A stretch of 64,000 nt of DNA from the NCBI RefSeq assembly GCF_009914755.1, contig NC_060930.1. The stretch is one strand, 5' to 3'. Of the stretch, positions 45,630 through 57,582 are shown one piece after another (positions within the stretch are counted from its first letter, which is position 1; each line of letters opens with the position of its first letter). The notes below the pieces were generated by a model. The model worked only from the letters and a program-made list of their open reading frames with translations, made no database searches and had not been told where the DNA came from. The translations under genes were made by a program, and so were the position numbers. The stretch is from the human T2T-CHM13v2.0 reference genome, Homo sapiens.

Positions 45630-45862
45630 TTTTTTTTTTGAGACGAAGTTTTGCTCTTGTTGCCCAGGCTGGAGTCCAATGGTGCGATCTTGGCTCACCA
45701 CAACCTCCGCCTCCCAGGTTCAAGTGATTCTTTTTGTATTTTTAATAGAGACAAGGTTTCTCCATGTTTATCAGGCTGGTCTCAAACTCCCGACCTCAGG
45801 TGATCCACCTTCCTGGCCTCCCAAAGTGCTAGGATTACAGGCTTGAGTCACCAGGTCTGGCC
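45630..45862 (-). mobile_element. AluSp with an internal right-arm deletion, inserted in ERV gag
   Basis: GCTCTTGTTGCCC, TTTCTCCATG and CCCGACCTCAGG diagnostics; AATTAAAT on both flanks. Confidence 0.88.
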
Positions 45863-47356
45863 AATTAAATCAAATTCTTTTGCAAACCCTATGGGATCTT
45901 GGAATGGGTCTGGGAAGTCTTTCATGGTATTCTTAAGTTCAGTCTTTGTCCAAGGGGCATATATAATAATAGGCTCACCTCTTGCTATGGGTTTTACCCT
46001 GAAAGAGACTGCAAAAATAGAAGTTCCAGGGAGGGGGCCAGAGACCAGGAGAGTTTCCTCAGGTGATGGTGGTAGAAGGGGAGTTAAGTCAGGGCAGGAA
46101 GTTTGAATAAGACAGGATATAAAGGTGAGGGGTTAGGAGGAGGAGGAGTTGGAGATGGAAGGGAGAAGACATCCATAGTCTTTTTAAATTCAGAAATAGT
46201 GTCAGATATCCTTTTGTTCACCTCCTGAATGCAGTCAATTTTGTTACAATTTCTTTTAGAAGCTTCTAGGTGCCATTGAATGGGTGCTCCCATCAATTTG
46301 TCATGTTCTAAAACTAGTTTTTTTCAATTATGCACACAAATAAATTATTTTAGGACTTTCAAAGGACCCTCATTTCAGCCATTGCTGCTTATGACCATCC
46401 TGGATTATGTGGGCTCATTTTCTTTAGATATTTATAAGAAGATGCCCCGTAAGTGTTATACACAGAACCAGCTTGTATTTCTAAAGAAGACTGTCCTGTA
46501 AAAGAGTGCTCAGATTCTGAAGGTTGATTTCCTATAATTTAGGAACTTTTCAAAAGTGACCAAGGCCAGAAATGTGCTTTGGGTCAAAGGGTGCTGCTCA
46601 TGAGCATCACTCCTCCAAGTGTCATCAAAGAGTCTTGGATCACTCTCTTACGTGTCTCAAAATATCTGATTGCCTTGTGGTGGCAGTGTGTTCAAGGTGC
46701 CAGGTGATCAACCCTTATGTGCACCTTCTGGTTGAGCTGAAAGTTGCAATAGGTGTTCTTGTGGGGAAGCCCTATAAAACCACTACTTGTCATGGACGAA
46801 CAATCTGTCACTTTCAAAAAATCTCTTGCCACCAGATGCCAATTGGATTAAATTGTTAATTAGTTGGAGGGAGCAAGTGTCTCTTAATTTTGGGGTGAGA
46901 GAATTCACTCTCATGCACCTTTTGGTTTGAAACTAACAAAAATTGGTCATAACTGAAAAGACACATTTGAATCATAATCAAGAGGAAGGAGCTGTAATTT
47001 TTAAAACATGCTATGTAATTTTAGACCAAAAGTAGTGCAACCACCAGTGCTAGACTGCACTGGTGACCCAGACCTTCTGCTATGAGGCAGAGGCAGAGAA
47101 GGTAAAAGTTCTCTTTTATCTTGAAATCCAAATCTCCTGACCTTAGATAGAGATGGAAAGCCCCATTCTTGGAAGGGAGATCTGAGAAAAACAGCTCACG
47201 CAAACACTAGACCTCAGCCTCAGGGTAGGAAGGTCCGAATTCAGGACTCATATACACGTGACAATGCTCTTAGATCTGGAAAAACACAAGAGGCTCCAGC
47301 TGACCAGGTGCTGAATCCAAGAGGACTGTCAAATTGTTGAGGTCGGGGCTTGCTCT

Positions 47357-47376
47357 GAATCCTGCTCATAGTGCCA
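47357..47376 (-). promoter_or_regulatory. Primer binding site complementary to tRNA-Ser(CGA)
   Basis: Plus strand GAATCCTGCTCATAGTGCCA vs recalled tRNA-Ser-CGA 3' end GAATCCTGCTCACAGCGCCA (18/20); 4 nt from the LTR end. Confidence 0.75.
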
Positions 47377-47827
47377 GGAATGTTGGCTTAAAGGAAAAAA
47401 AGTGAGGCACAAAATATAATTTTGAAGAGTTTACTTGAGCCAAAATGAGACTGCTGCCTGGAAGACTCAGACCCAAGTAATCTTGGATATGAACTCCATT
47501 TGGCCTTTGTTACAAGCAGGTTTTTAAAAGCAAAAATCAGGGACAAAGAGTTGGCTTATACAAAGTTTTTTGTCAGGAATTCTCATTGGTTTACAGAAAT
47601 AACATTGATTAGTGATACTGGCTATATGTTGTATAAATTATGGTGTCTAGCATTGATAGATTAATTTATAGCTACTTGTGATTTTAACAAGTAGTTTCAA
47701 GAGCAGATTACTTAGTCTAAAGGGGATAATGGGACATGACCTCTGTTTCATTCCATTGCCTCTCTGGGCCTGATAATTTAGAGGAGACTGGCATTCCTCA
47801 AATAAAAGAGTTTTTTTTTTTTTCTCA

Positions 47828-48598
47828 ATACTTCTAACACAAAACATGACAGGGAGGTTTCTCCCACACCAACCAATTATCTGACACCAGCTCGGTGTTC
47901 AAAAACTTAATTCAATTCTAAAAATAACTACCTGAGTTAGTGTCAGATTCACAAATTTAAGGGTTCAGTCCCACAAGACTGCCCCAACTTCAGATGCCAG
48001 TCACAAGCCCTGGGTCACCTGTACTTCCAACCAACTGGCTATAAATTAGGGATTCTTATGACTCCCCTCTCAGGTTAATATTTTGCTAGAATGGCTCACT
48101 GAACTCAAGGAAATACTTTACTGTTATAAAGGATAAGACTAAGGAACAACCAGATGAAAGAGGTGCATAGGGCAATGTATGGGGAGGAGATGTGAAGCTT
48201 CCATGCCTGTTCCAGGAGTACCACCCTCCCAGAACCTTGATGTGTTCACCAACCTGGAAGCTTATCAAATCTCCTTGTTCGACAGTTTTTATAGAGTTCA
48301 ATATTGAGCCTCCCCTATTCTCCTCTTCCAGAAAGTCAGTGGGTGGGACTTGAAGTTTCAACCCTTGAATTACTTGGGCTATTTCTTAATTATTTGGGCT
48401 ATAGCCCATACTGAGGCTATCTAGTGGGCTCACTCTAAGTCACCAAATTAGCATAAACTGAGGTATGATCAAAGGGACTTATTAGGAATAACAAAAAAGA
48501 CACCCCTATAACTCAGAAAATCCCAAGGGTTTTAGGAGCTCTGTGTCAGAAGCAACAGATGAAGACCAAATATATATTTGTTATATCACAGTATCACA
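47828..48598 (-). mobile_element. MER21C-like LTR
   Basis: CAGTCCCACAAGACTGCCCCAACTTCAGATGCCAG...GCTAGAATGGCTCAC...AAGGGTTTTAGGAGCTCTGTG. Confidence 0.8.
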
Positions 48599-49671
48599 TT
48601 CACTAATTGGGATCCTCAGGAAGGAGCACTCTGATATGAAGAAGAGTATGCAGAAAGTTTATCGTAGAATGTTTGCTAGATGAACACCTGTGGAAGGGAA
48701 GGGAAGGGAAGGAAAAGAAACTAGATAAGACAAAGAAAGAAGTTAATATGTGATGGATGCATCCCAACAAAGACCTTACTCAGCAAAGGCATGAGGAATT
48801 TATACACCCCATTGACAAGCATTGACTGTAGGATGTTCCAGAATCTGGGTGTTTTGACCCTGTACAAGGCAGCTTTCTTCAACCAAGAGCAAGTGCTAAG
48901 GAGGGACTCAGCTGAGTAATAATGTCAGTCACGAACACTCCTAGAATCCAGAAGAATGAGTGAATGGCACATTACGACATCTACTACTGGCTATGCCTTA
49001 CACTATTCACATCTGCTTGCTTCGCATAATACTTGTTTTTCTTTCACCCTGTTGACCAGGATTTTTTCCCCACATAATATATTTTAGAAGCAGCTACTCC
49101 AAAATTACATTGGGCCTCATTTCCTGGGAGAAGCTTACACATGGGAAGTTAGTGGGATAAGATAAAATCTCCACTACTACAACTGATGTCCAGGCTGAAA
49201 CTGATCCTCATAATCCTCCTCCTTCACCATACACTTTAGTTTCTCCTTTCCCTTGGTTAACACCTCTGCTTGATTAACATCATATACTTTAGATTCTGCT
49301 TTCCCTTGGTTAACATTTCCCTTGGTGAACACTTCTAGCTTTTCTAGTAATGTGACCCAGAACCTCATCCTTGAGGGTATAAGCTCCTTGTCACTACACC
49401 CTTACCAGGCCATCTAAATAGAGCAGGGACATGCCAAGAAATGCAAATGTATTACTTGAGTGCCTACATATTCAGCCCTGTCCCCATTGTGTAACAGCAG
49501 CTCTATCTCCTCCTGATGATCAGTGTCAACGCTGTCAGTATGATGACCCTTTTCCATGCCTGTTGGCCTCTTTAACTACTACAAAGAATCTAAAGGGAAC
49601 AGGGAACAGGAAACAGCCATAGCTGGAAGTTCAAGGGGATTATGGTTATGTCTTCTTTTAGGAGTCTTACT

Positions 49672-50855
49672 GCTGCTATCTTCTGAATGTGTTTCCCAAA
49701 ATTTGTGTGTTGGAAATTTAATATTCAATGTAACAGTGTTGGAAGGTGGTGCTGTTAGAATAAGCAGATAGCCAGACATGAGCAGGAGGCAGAGTTCTTG
49801 AGGAAGGAAAAGTCTGAGAAGTCTCAGGCCTGAGGGACCACCCGAAGTTTGCATGTTAATAGCATCTCTAATGCTGGAGTGGGTGGGCAATTAGTCAACT
49901 GTGAGTAGGAAGGAGAGGAAGTACATAGACAGAAAGAAACCCCCTGAAACACCTAAGATGCCCCAAAAATCATTTACTCTGAAGTTACAGTATCAGAATG
50001 TTGCTATGTACATCCTGATAAGAAAGGAAAGAGGACAAAAGGGTGAATTCCTAAAAGATACGCAGGTTTGGTAGGTATAGATTTGACTGCTAGACAACCT
50101 TCCTTGGGTGGCAGTAATGAGCAATGCTTCCATTAGGCAAGATTTGAATTGATCGCTGGCCAGCACAGTGCATTAACTAACACTAAGTGGGGGTCCCACA
50201 AGCCTGATTAGGAACTAGGTGGGGACAAAGGCAAGAACCAAAGGCAGAGGTAGTAAAACTAGACAAAGAAAAAAGGTGGAGACTTGAGACAAGAAGCAGG
50301 AACTTGAAGAGGGAGCCTAACATGATAAAACTCACAGTCAGGACACTCAGAGCTGTTTTCCTGCAGGATCAGCTCACTTCTCTCTTGGAGTGTACTTGTT
50401 TTTTTTTTCCTACTATGAGCTCTTTGGTCCCTATTTCCCTTCAACAAAGCTCTCTGTTATCTTTGAACCTTCTCTTGACAGAAATCATTTCCCCAATTTA
50501 TACAAGAACAGGAGACTCCTGCACTTGGCATTAACAGCGCCTTTTGAAACGTGTTTAGGTCATGAGAGCCCTGCCCCTGTGAATGGGTTAATGCCATTAT
50601 AAAAGAGCTTGACAGAAGGACTTCCTCCTTTTTTGCCCTTCCACCATCTGCCATATGAGAACGCAACATTTCTCCCCTCTGGATGATCCAGTGGTCAAGG
50701 TGCCATCTTGAAACAGACTGAACTCTCAACAGGTGACAAACCTGCTGGTACCCTGATCTTGGACATCCAGACTACAGATTTATGAGAAATAAATTTCTGT
50801 TCTTTATAAATTACCCAGTCTATTTTTTTTCTACATCAACACAGATGGTAAAACA
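49672..50855 (+). mobile_element. MSTC/MSTD MaLR LTR split by an ERV1 LTR
   Basis: 5' part 49672-49752 resumes at 50537 (TTTAGGTCATGAGAGC...AAATAAATTTCTGTTCTTTATAAATTACCCAGTC). Confidence 0.8.
49753..50536 (+). mobile_element. MER4-group ERV1 solo LTR (MER50/MER66/MER73-like)
   Basis: TGTTAGAATAAGCAGATAGCCAGACATGAGCAGG ... TTAACA; 4-bp TSD GTGC/GCGC. Confidence 0.8.
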
Positions 50856-51982
50856 ACCCCTCTAGGAAATAGGCCCTTTAAACTCGCGTAATTCAGAATC
50901 GTGGGGACAGAAAACACAAATTCCCCAGGTGGGTCACTAGAACTGATGATAGCTAAACTCACTCCTGTATCCATCACTTGGGTCCTGGATCAATATATTC
51001 TGCCTACTGGGGACAAATAACCATACAATGGCCATTGATTGAGGATGTATGCCTACTTCTGAAGTACAGTGCCACATCCTCATTGGGTATTCTCTCTAAG
51101 CCAGCACCTCAGGTGTCTTCAACAAGCTATTCCATTGTTATCTCAGTCCAGCAACTCCTGGATCATGCAATATGTGATTGCGCCAGTGAATTCCGATATA
51201 CTGCATCTCCTTTGTTGAAGAATGAGCTTCTTTGTTGCATTAGATGTTATAAAAGGTCCTGCTCCCTAGGCCCATTCACATGCTTCTTCTCAGACCTCCT
51301 GGCCTCTAATATTACAATCTTCCTCCTTTCAGGCACCTCGCCAATGTGACCAAGCTACTCACCACTGCCCATAATTTCATATAAAAACTAACCTTGGGTC
51401 ACTTATGTTTCTGAAACACAAAGTAGATGACCCAGTGCTCTTCCCATTGAGATTTACCCTTACCATTGTTTTTCATAACCACCTCTGAATAGAGCTACAG
51501 TGCAACTATGGTTCATTTTTAGTTTGCACCCACATAGTCATGAACTAAGTTCAGCCATTTCTGAGTATCTGTGATCCAACTTCCAGCCATATTTGTGAAC
51601 AAAAAGGAAGTTGAACCAGTGCAACAATGTTGAATTATATGTACCTGGAGGACACTTGGTTTGTGGCTTCTTTATGCCTTCTATCCCTGCTAGTGACCAA
51701 TTCCAGATGTACCGGTTCATTTTACAATGAATTCTGCTAGGGATTTCAAACCTTATAATTTGGCAAATTTGGCAAAACTCAGATCATGGTAGGCAGTCCT
51801 GGTCACCTAGCCATTTAAAGTCCCATGGTCAGGTGCTCCATCTCTACCAGGGCTCAGTAGCCATCAGAAGCTGTTTTTGAAAGATGCATAATTCTCCACT
51901 GCCAATGGCATGGTCTCATGCCAGAATGCTATGGGTCTGTGTTGTGATTCTTCCATTGAGCTTTGCCATACAGTGCACATGC

Positions 51983-52372
51983 TGTTTCTCATAATCCATT
52001 TTGTGCTGCTATAAACAGAATATCACAGACTGAGTAATTTATAAAGAACAAAGCTTTATTCTCACAGGTCTAGAGGCTGAGAAGTCCTCAAGGCACAGGC
52101 AGGTTAAAGCCTGGGTCTCTCTTCTTGCAAGATGGTGCCTTGAACACTGCATCCTCCAGAGAGGAGAAACACTATGTCCCCACATGGCAGAAGAGCAGAG
52201 GAAAGACACAACTTACTTTCACAAGCTGTCTTTACAGCAGCATTAATCCATTTATGACAGTAGAGCCCTCATGACCTAAACATTTCCCATTAGATCTCAT
52301 CCCCCAACACTATTGCATTAGGGATTAACATTTTAACACATAAATTTTGCGGAACACATTCAGACCAACACA
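51983..52372 (-). mobile_element. MSTC/MSTD MaLR solo LTR nested in ERV-L pol
   Basis: TGCTGCTATAAACAGAATATCACAGACTGAGTAATTTATAAAGAAC...CACATTCAGACC. Confidence 0.82.
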
Positions 52373-54466
52373 GTGTTTGTACTTACTACAGATACATCTA
52401 ATACCACAGAGTCTGCTAGGTCATATGTCCAAATAAGCAGAGCTTCTTGTAATATGGTCTAGACCTGCTGAAATATAATATGGTCTAGACCTGCTGAAAG
52501 CCCTTTTCTGCTCTTGACCCCACTCAAATTTGGGAGCTTTTGTGTTGCCAATAGTATTTTCGAGCAGTATTATCAAGTATGGAACACCTGAATTTCCATA
52601 GGGTTTATTGTTACCCAACCTCTGGGGTACATATTACTTATTAAGGCCTTCAATGTGCTTGCCACCAATACTCTGGCCTAAATTAACTTGATATCACCAA
52701 TATTGCAAACCAATATGATATTCTGTGGGAATTTTAGATGGTCCGGGTCCCTTCAAGCTACATAACAGAGAACAAAGATAGCCCTGAGGCTAGACTGTAA
52801 ATGTGTATATACAGTTGTCTTTCCTAATCCTAAAGGTACAAAAGTTCACACTCACCATATCAATGACCACATTCCTTGTACCTGAGGCTATGTTTATCTG
52901 CTTTAACAAAGACATCACATCTGATATTGCTGCTGCAGTGGGGGCCACTAATTGGTGAAGTTTTAGGTAGTTCACTATTATCTTCCAGGATTCACCTAAT
53001 TTTGAAAAAAAAAAAAAAAAAAAGACCTGTGAATTAAATGAGAATGTTATGGGTGCCACCACCCTTTGAACTTTAAGGTCTTTAAGAGTGGCAATAATCT
53101 TTGCCATTCCCCCTAAATCCAATATTAGTTTTAATCTACCCTCTTGACCAGAGGTTTCTACTTAGGCTGTTTCATTGTGATAGCTCTTATTCCACAGGCC
53201 AGGGATCAATTTCACAATCACAGATTAGTTGTATATCATGGGACTTGAGTTATTATTGGGCCTCCACTCTAACAAGAGATTCATGATAGTGCTACTGGTT
53301 TCCTAGTATCAATGCCATCTTGGAACCTCTGCCAACAGTTCTTAGGAAATGTACATACTTTTCTTTGCCCAGTGTATAGTTACGTAAGTAAATGGTCATA
53401 GATTCCTTTAAAGAAGGACTGAGAAACCACTTGCTGTAATGTTGCAGTCTTTTTTCCTGGAGACCTGCCCTTTCCTTCACTCTAAGGAATCCCAGTCTGT
53501 AACATGGACCATGGCCAGAAAAAACGCAAAGGATCATGATATTTTATTGGGGCAGTTTCCCTACCTCATGATCATCCATCTTGATTTATTTTTGTTGTAT
53601 AAATAGAGCAATACTCTTGTTGGCTGTCCAACTATCTTCTGACTAGGAACACTGTGTTTTATTAACCCTCTTCATATCTCTCTGCATGTTGGCCTCCTCT
53701 GGCTGCCAGTCTGCACTCGTTGATCATTCTAATAACTACACTCACCTTATTTCTGATGGCTAAGTGCTACCACCTGGCTTCTATCATTTTGGCATCCTAT
53801 TGTCTTCACTGTATCATTCTGATACAGCATCTTCTACTGTTCATGTTGGCCTACAAAGTACTGCCATAATTGACTTATCTTTAATGCTGGTGAACCTCTC
53901 ACCAGTGCATGCCTTATAGCTTTGGCGGTACCCTACATTGGTCAATTAAAGAGTGTAAAAGACACAGCTCCTCCTCCAAAACTTGGAACAATTGTGAAGG
54001 GCTATCCTAGCTCCAGAGCTCCTCTAGAATTTGCTGAGGTCTTTGTTACAACTTCATCCCTCCTCACTTTGTTTCTCTGTGCAGTCCCTCTTCCCTCACT
54101 CTCCTAAAGGCATTGACCCCAAGAGGCCTCCCCAGTAATTTCCTGAATGCAAATATCTGCCTCAGAGTCTTCTTGCCAGAAATGGAGAGAGCAGGCCCTA
54201 AAATGAGATTTTGGAGCTGAATCACCAGCTGACTGGCTAGCAAAGATGACCCCAATACGATCCTGGGCCAGGTGGCTCTCTTCAGCTGAGGCAAGGCCCA
54301 AAGAATAACTTAGCTGGGAGTTGTTGGCTGTCAACAATCCCAACAGCTGGAGGAATGAATGTTTCAGTCCTATAAGAAGGAAGCTGGGCAGTGCACTAAC
54401 AGTATCTACTGCAATTATGCTATCTGATTACTCTTTTTTCATAATAGACTATTCTTTCTGTTGTTA

Positions 54467-54766
54467 TTGTTTGAGACAGGATCTCACTCTGTTGCCCAGG
54501 CTGGAGTGCAGTGGCATGATCTTGACTCACTGAAACCTCTGCCTCTTGGGTTCAGGCAATTCTCTTGCCTCAGCCACCACACCATTACATTACAGGTGCA
54601 TTACAGGTGCGCACCACCACACCCAGTTAATTTCTGTATTTCCAGTAGAGACAGGGTTTTGCCAATATTGGCCAAGGCTGGTCTTGAACATCTGAGTTCA
54701 TGTGATCTGCCTGCCTTGGCCTCCCAAAGTGCTGGGATAACGGGTGTGAGCCTCTGTACCCAGCCC
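54467..54766 (-). mobile_element. Old Alu (AluJ/Sx)
   Basis: Antisense dimer, heavily CpG-decayed, with a small internal CATTACAGGTG duplication. Confidence 0.9.
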
Positions 54767-55347
54767 ATAGTAGCCCATTTTTGTTTTATGTTGCAATATC
54801 TGCTTGAACTTTCTCACAGGATAATAATTAAACTTTGTGAAACATTCTTGCTATTTCTTAAATCAACAGTTTTTTTTAAGGTCAGTGATTCTATGATCCA
54901 TTTTGATTTTTGGTTTTTCTGTATTGTTGGTTTCCCTCAAAATATTGTGCTTTTTGGTTGTTTAAGGATGAAAGGCTATGTTGACTATTATGGGAGTCTA
55001 ATGATCTTCTACAGGTCTGCTTCCCTAACATGCTTTTCTCCTAATTGGGGGTGTTGACTACAAACCAGAGGTAGTATTACCTGGCAGGCTTTTCTTCAAG
55101 GTGCTCTGGAAAGGTCCACACAGGCAGTCTGTATGCCTTTATCCTAAACATCAAAATGAGAAAATTTCCTCTGAAACACTAACTCCCACTTTAAATCCTC
55201 AACTTTCTCATATACAGCAATCAAATCCTTTAAAGGACAGTCTTCTTTTTTTAGCATGGGAGGTAAATGGTGTTGCTACTAGTCAATATATATGTGCAGG
55301 AGGGTGTCAAACATTTTTAAGGATTTTGATGCTTACTGTTAAACTGT

Positions 55348-57582
55348 TGTGTTAGTCCATTCTCACACTGCTATAAATACCTGAGACTGGGTAATTTATA
55401 AGAAAAGAGGTTTAATTGGCTCATGGTTCTGCAAACCTGGCTGTACAGGAAGCATGGCAGTATCTGTTTGTGGGGAGACATCAGAGAGCTTTTATTCATG
55501 GCAGAGGCAAAGCCAAAGCAGGCATCTTCACATGGATGGAGCAGGAGGAAGACAGAGAGCAAGGAGGTGCTATGCACTCTTATTTTTAAATATTTTTTAA
55601 CTTTTGTTTAAGGTTTGGGGGTATATTGCAGGTTTGTTATATGGGTAAACTTGTGTCACAGGGGTTTGTTTTACAGATTATTACATCACATAGGTACTAA
55701 GCCTGTACCCAATAGTTTTTTCTGTTCCTCTCTCTCTGCCCACCCTCCACCCTCAAGTAGGCCCCTGTGTCTGTTGCTCCCTTCTTTGTGTTCATGAATT
55801 CTCATCATTTAGCTCCCAATTATAAGTGGGAACATGTGGTATTTGGTTTTCCACTCCTTTGTTAGTTTCCTAAAGATAATAGCCTCCAGCTCCATCCATG
55901 TTCCCACAATATACATAATCTCATTCTTTTTTATGGCTGTATAGTATTCCACGATGTATATGTACCACATTTGCTTTATCCAGTCTGTCACTGATGGGCA
56001 TTTAAGTTGATTCTATATCTTTGCTATTGGCTACACACTTTAAACAACCAAATCTCATGGTAACTCACTCATTCACTGTCACAAAAACAGCACTGAGAGG
56101 ATGGTGCTAAACCATTTATGAGAAATCACCACCATGATCCAATCATCTCCCACCAGACCCCATCTCCAACACTGAGGATTATAATTGAACATGAGATTTG
56201 GGTGGGACACAGATCCAAACCATATCATTCTATTCCTGGCCCCTCCCAAATCTCATGTCCTTCTCAAGTTGCAAAATACAATCATGCTCTCCCAACAGTC
56301 CCCCAAAGTCTTAATTCATTCTGGAATTAACTCAAAAGTCCAAAGTCTCATCTGAAACAAGGCAAGTCCCTTCGACCTATAAGCCTACAAAATAAAAAAC
56401 AAGTTAATTATTTACAAGATACAGTGGGGACATAGGTGTTGGGTAAATACTCCTATTGCAAAAGGGAGAAATTGGCCAAAAGAAAAGGACCACCAGCCCC
56501 TTGCAAGTCCAAAACCCAGTAGGGCAGTCATTAAATCTTAAAGCTCCAAAATAATCTCCTTTGACTCCATGTACCACATTCAGAGCAGACTGATGCAATG
56601 GGTAGGCTTCCAAGGCCTTTGGCAGCTCCTTCACTGTGGCTTTGCAGGGCTTCGCCCCCATGGCTGCTCTCATGGGCTGGAGTTGAGTGCCTGAAGCTTT
56701 TCCAGGCTGAGGGTGCAAGCTGCCAGGGATATTCCATTCTGGGGTCTAGAGGATGGTGGCTCTCTTCTCACAGCTCCACTAGGCAGTGCCCCAGTGGGGA
56801 CTCTGTGTGGAAGCTCCAACTCCACATTTTCTCTCTGCACTACCCTAGTAGAGATTTTCCATTAGGGCTCTGCCCCTGCAGCAGGCTTCTGCCTGGGCAT
56901 CCAGGCGTTTCCATACATCCTGCAAAATCTAGGTGGAGGCTCCCAAGCCTCAGCTCTTGCATTCTGTACACTTGCAGGCTTAATACCACATGGAAGCTGC
57001 CAAAACCTATGGCTTGCACCCTCTGAAACAGCAGCATGAGCTATATTCGGGCCCCTTGGAGCCATGGCTGGAACTGGAGAGACTGGGACATGGAGAGCAG
57101 GGCAGAGAAGAAATGTGGGATTGGAGCCACCACACAGAGTCCCCATTTGAAACCAATTTTCTGTGTCAGTCCATTCTTGCACTGCTATAAATAAACACCT
57201 GAGACTGGGTAATTCATAAGAAAAGAGGTTTAATTGGCTCACAGTTAAAGGCTGTACAGGAAGCTTGGCAGGATCTGCTTCTGGGGATACTTCAGGGAGC
57301 TTTTACTCATGGCAGAAGGCAAAGCCAGAGCAGGCATCTTCACATGGCCGGAGCAGGAGGAAGAGAGAGGCAGGGAGGTGCCACACACTTTTTTTAAACA
57401 ACCAGATCTCATCATAACTCACTTTCTCACTATCACAAGAACAGCACTGAGGAGATGGTACTAAACCATTCATGAGAAAACACGCCCATGATCCAGTTGC
57501 CTCCCACCAGACTCCACTTCCAACATTGTGGATTACAACTGAACATTAAATTTGGATGGGGGCATAGATCCAAACCATATCA
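55348..57582 (-). mobile_element. MSTB provirus: LTR, shortened internal region, LTR
   Basis: LTRs 55348-56227 (split by L1) and 57162-57582; MST-int 56228-57161; 5-bp TSD ACTGT/GCTGT. Confidence 0.9.
55582..56029 (-). mobile_element. 5'-truncated primate L1 (older L1PA) 3' fragment inside the MSTB LTR
   Basis: ORF 55809-55991 is the L1 ORF2 C-terminus; TSD-like GCTATGCACTCTT / GCTACACACTTT. Confidence 0.88.

Larger units (their letters stand above)
44188..47827 (-). mobile_element. 3'-truncated class I (MER4-group) ERV: 5' LTR, PBS, gag and pro remnants
   Basis: LTR 47381-47827 (TG...CA); PBS 47357-47376; gag Pro-rich segment and capsid YAPWTKTEL..PDPFQDP; CCHC knuckle CFYCK*LGHFKKDC ~44781-44823; protease VDTAAT ~44610 and ILGRDIL (ORF 44211-44471). 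Confidence 0.88.
48600..54413 (-). mobile_element. HERV16/ERV-L provirus (LTR16-like LTRs), degenerate, with nested LTRs
   Basis: 3' LTR ~48600-48988; pol ORF 52790-53122 GGMAKIIATLKDLK..FNS..SWKIIVNYLKLHQLVAPTAAAISDVMSLLKQIN (ERV-L RT); gag KAIRHALVRGSPA ~53900; 5' LTR ~53926-54413, partly inverted. Confidence 0.85.

Noticed and set aside
47357-47376. tRNA gene
   Set aside because: Only the 3' 20 nt are present, adjacent to an LTR, so this is a PBS.
54461-55057. 198-aa ORF as a novel gene
   Set aside because: The N-terminal half is antisense Alu translation and the remainder is low-information read-through; the start is non-ATG.
56118-57242. Multiple 65-142 aa ORFs
   Set aside because: Fragments of the MST internal region and LTR; disrupted.
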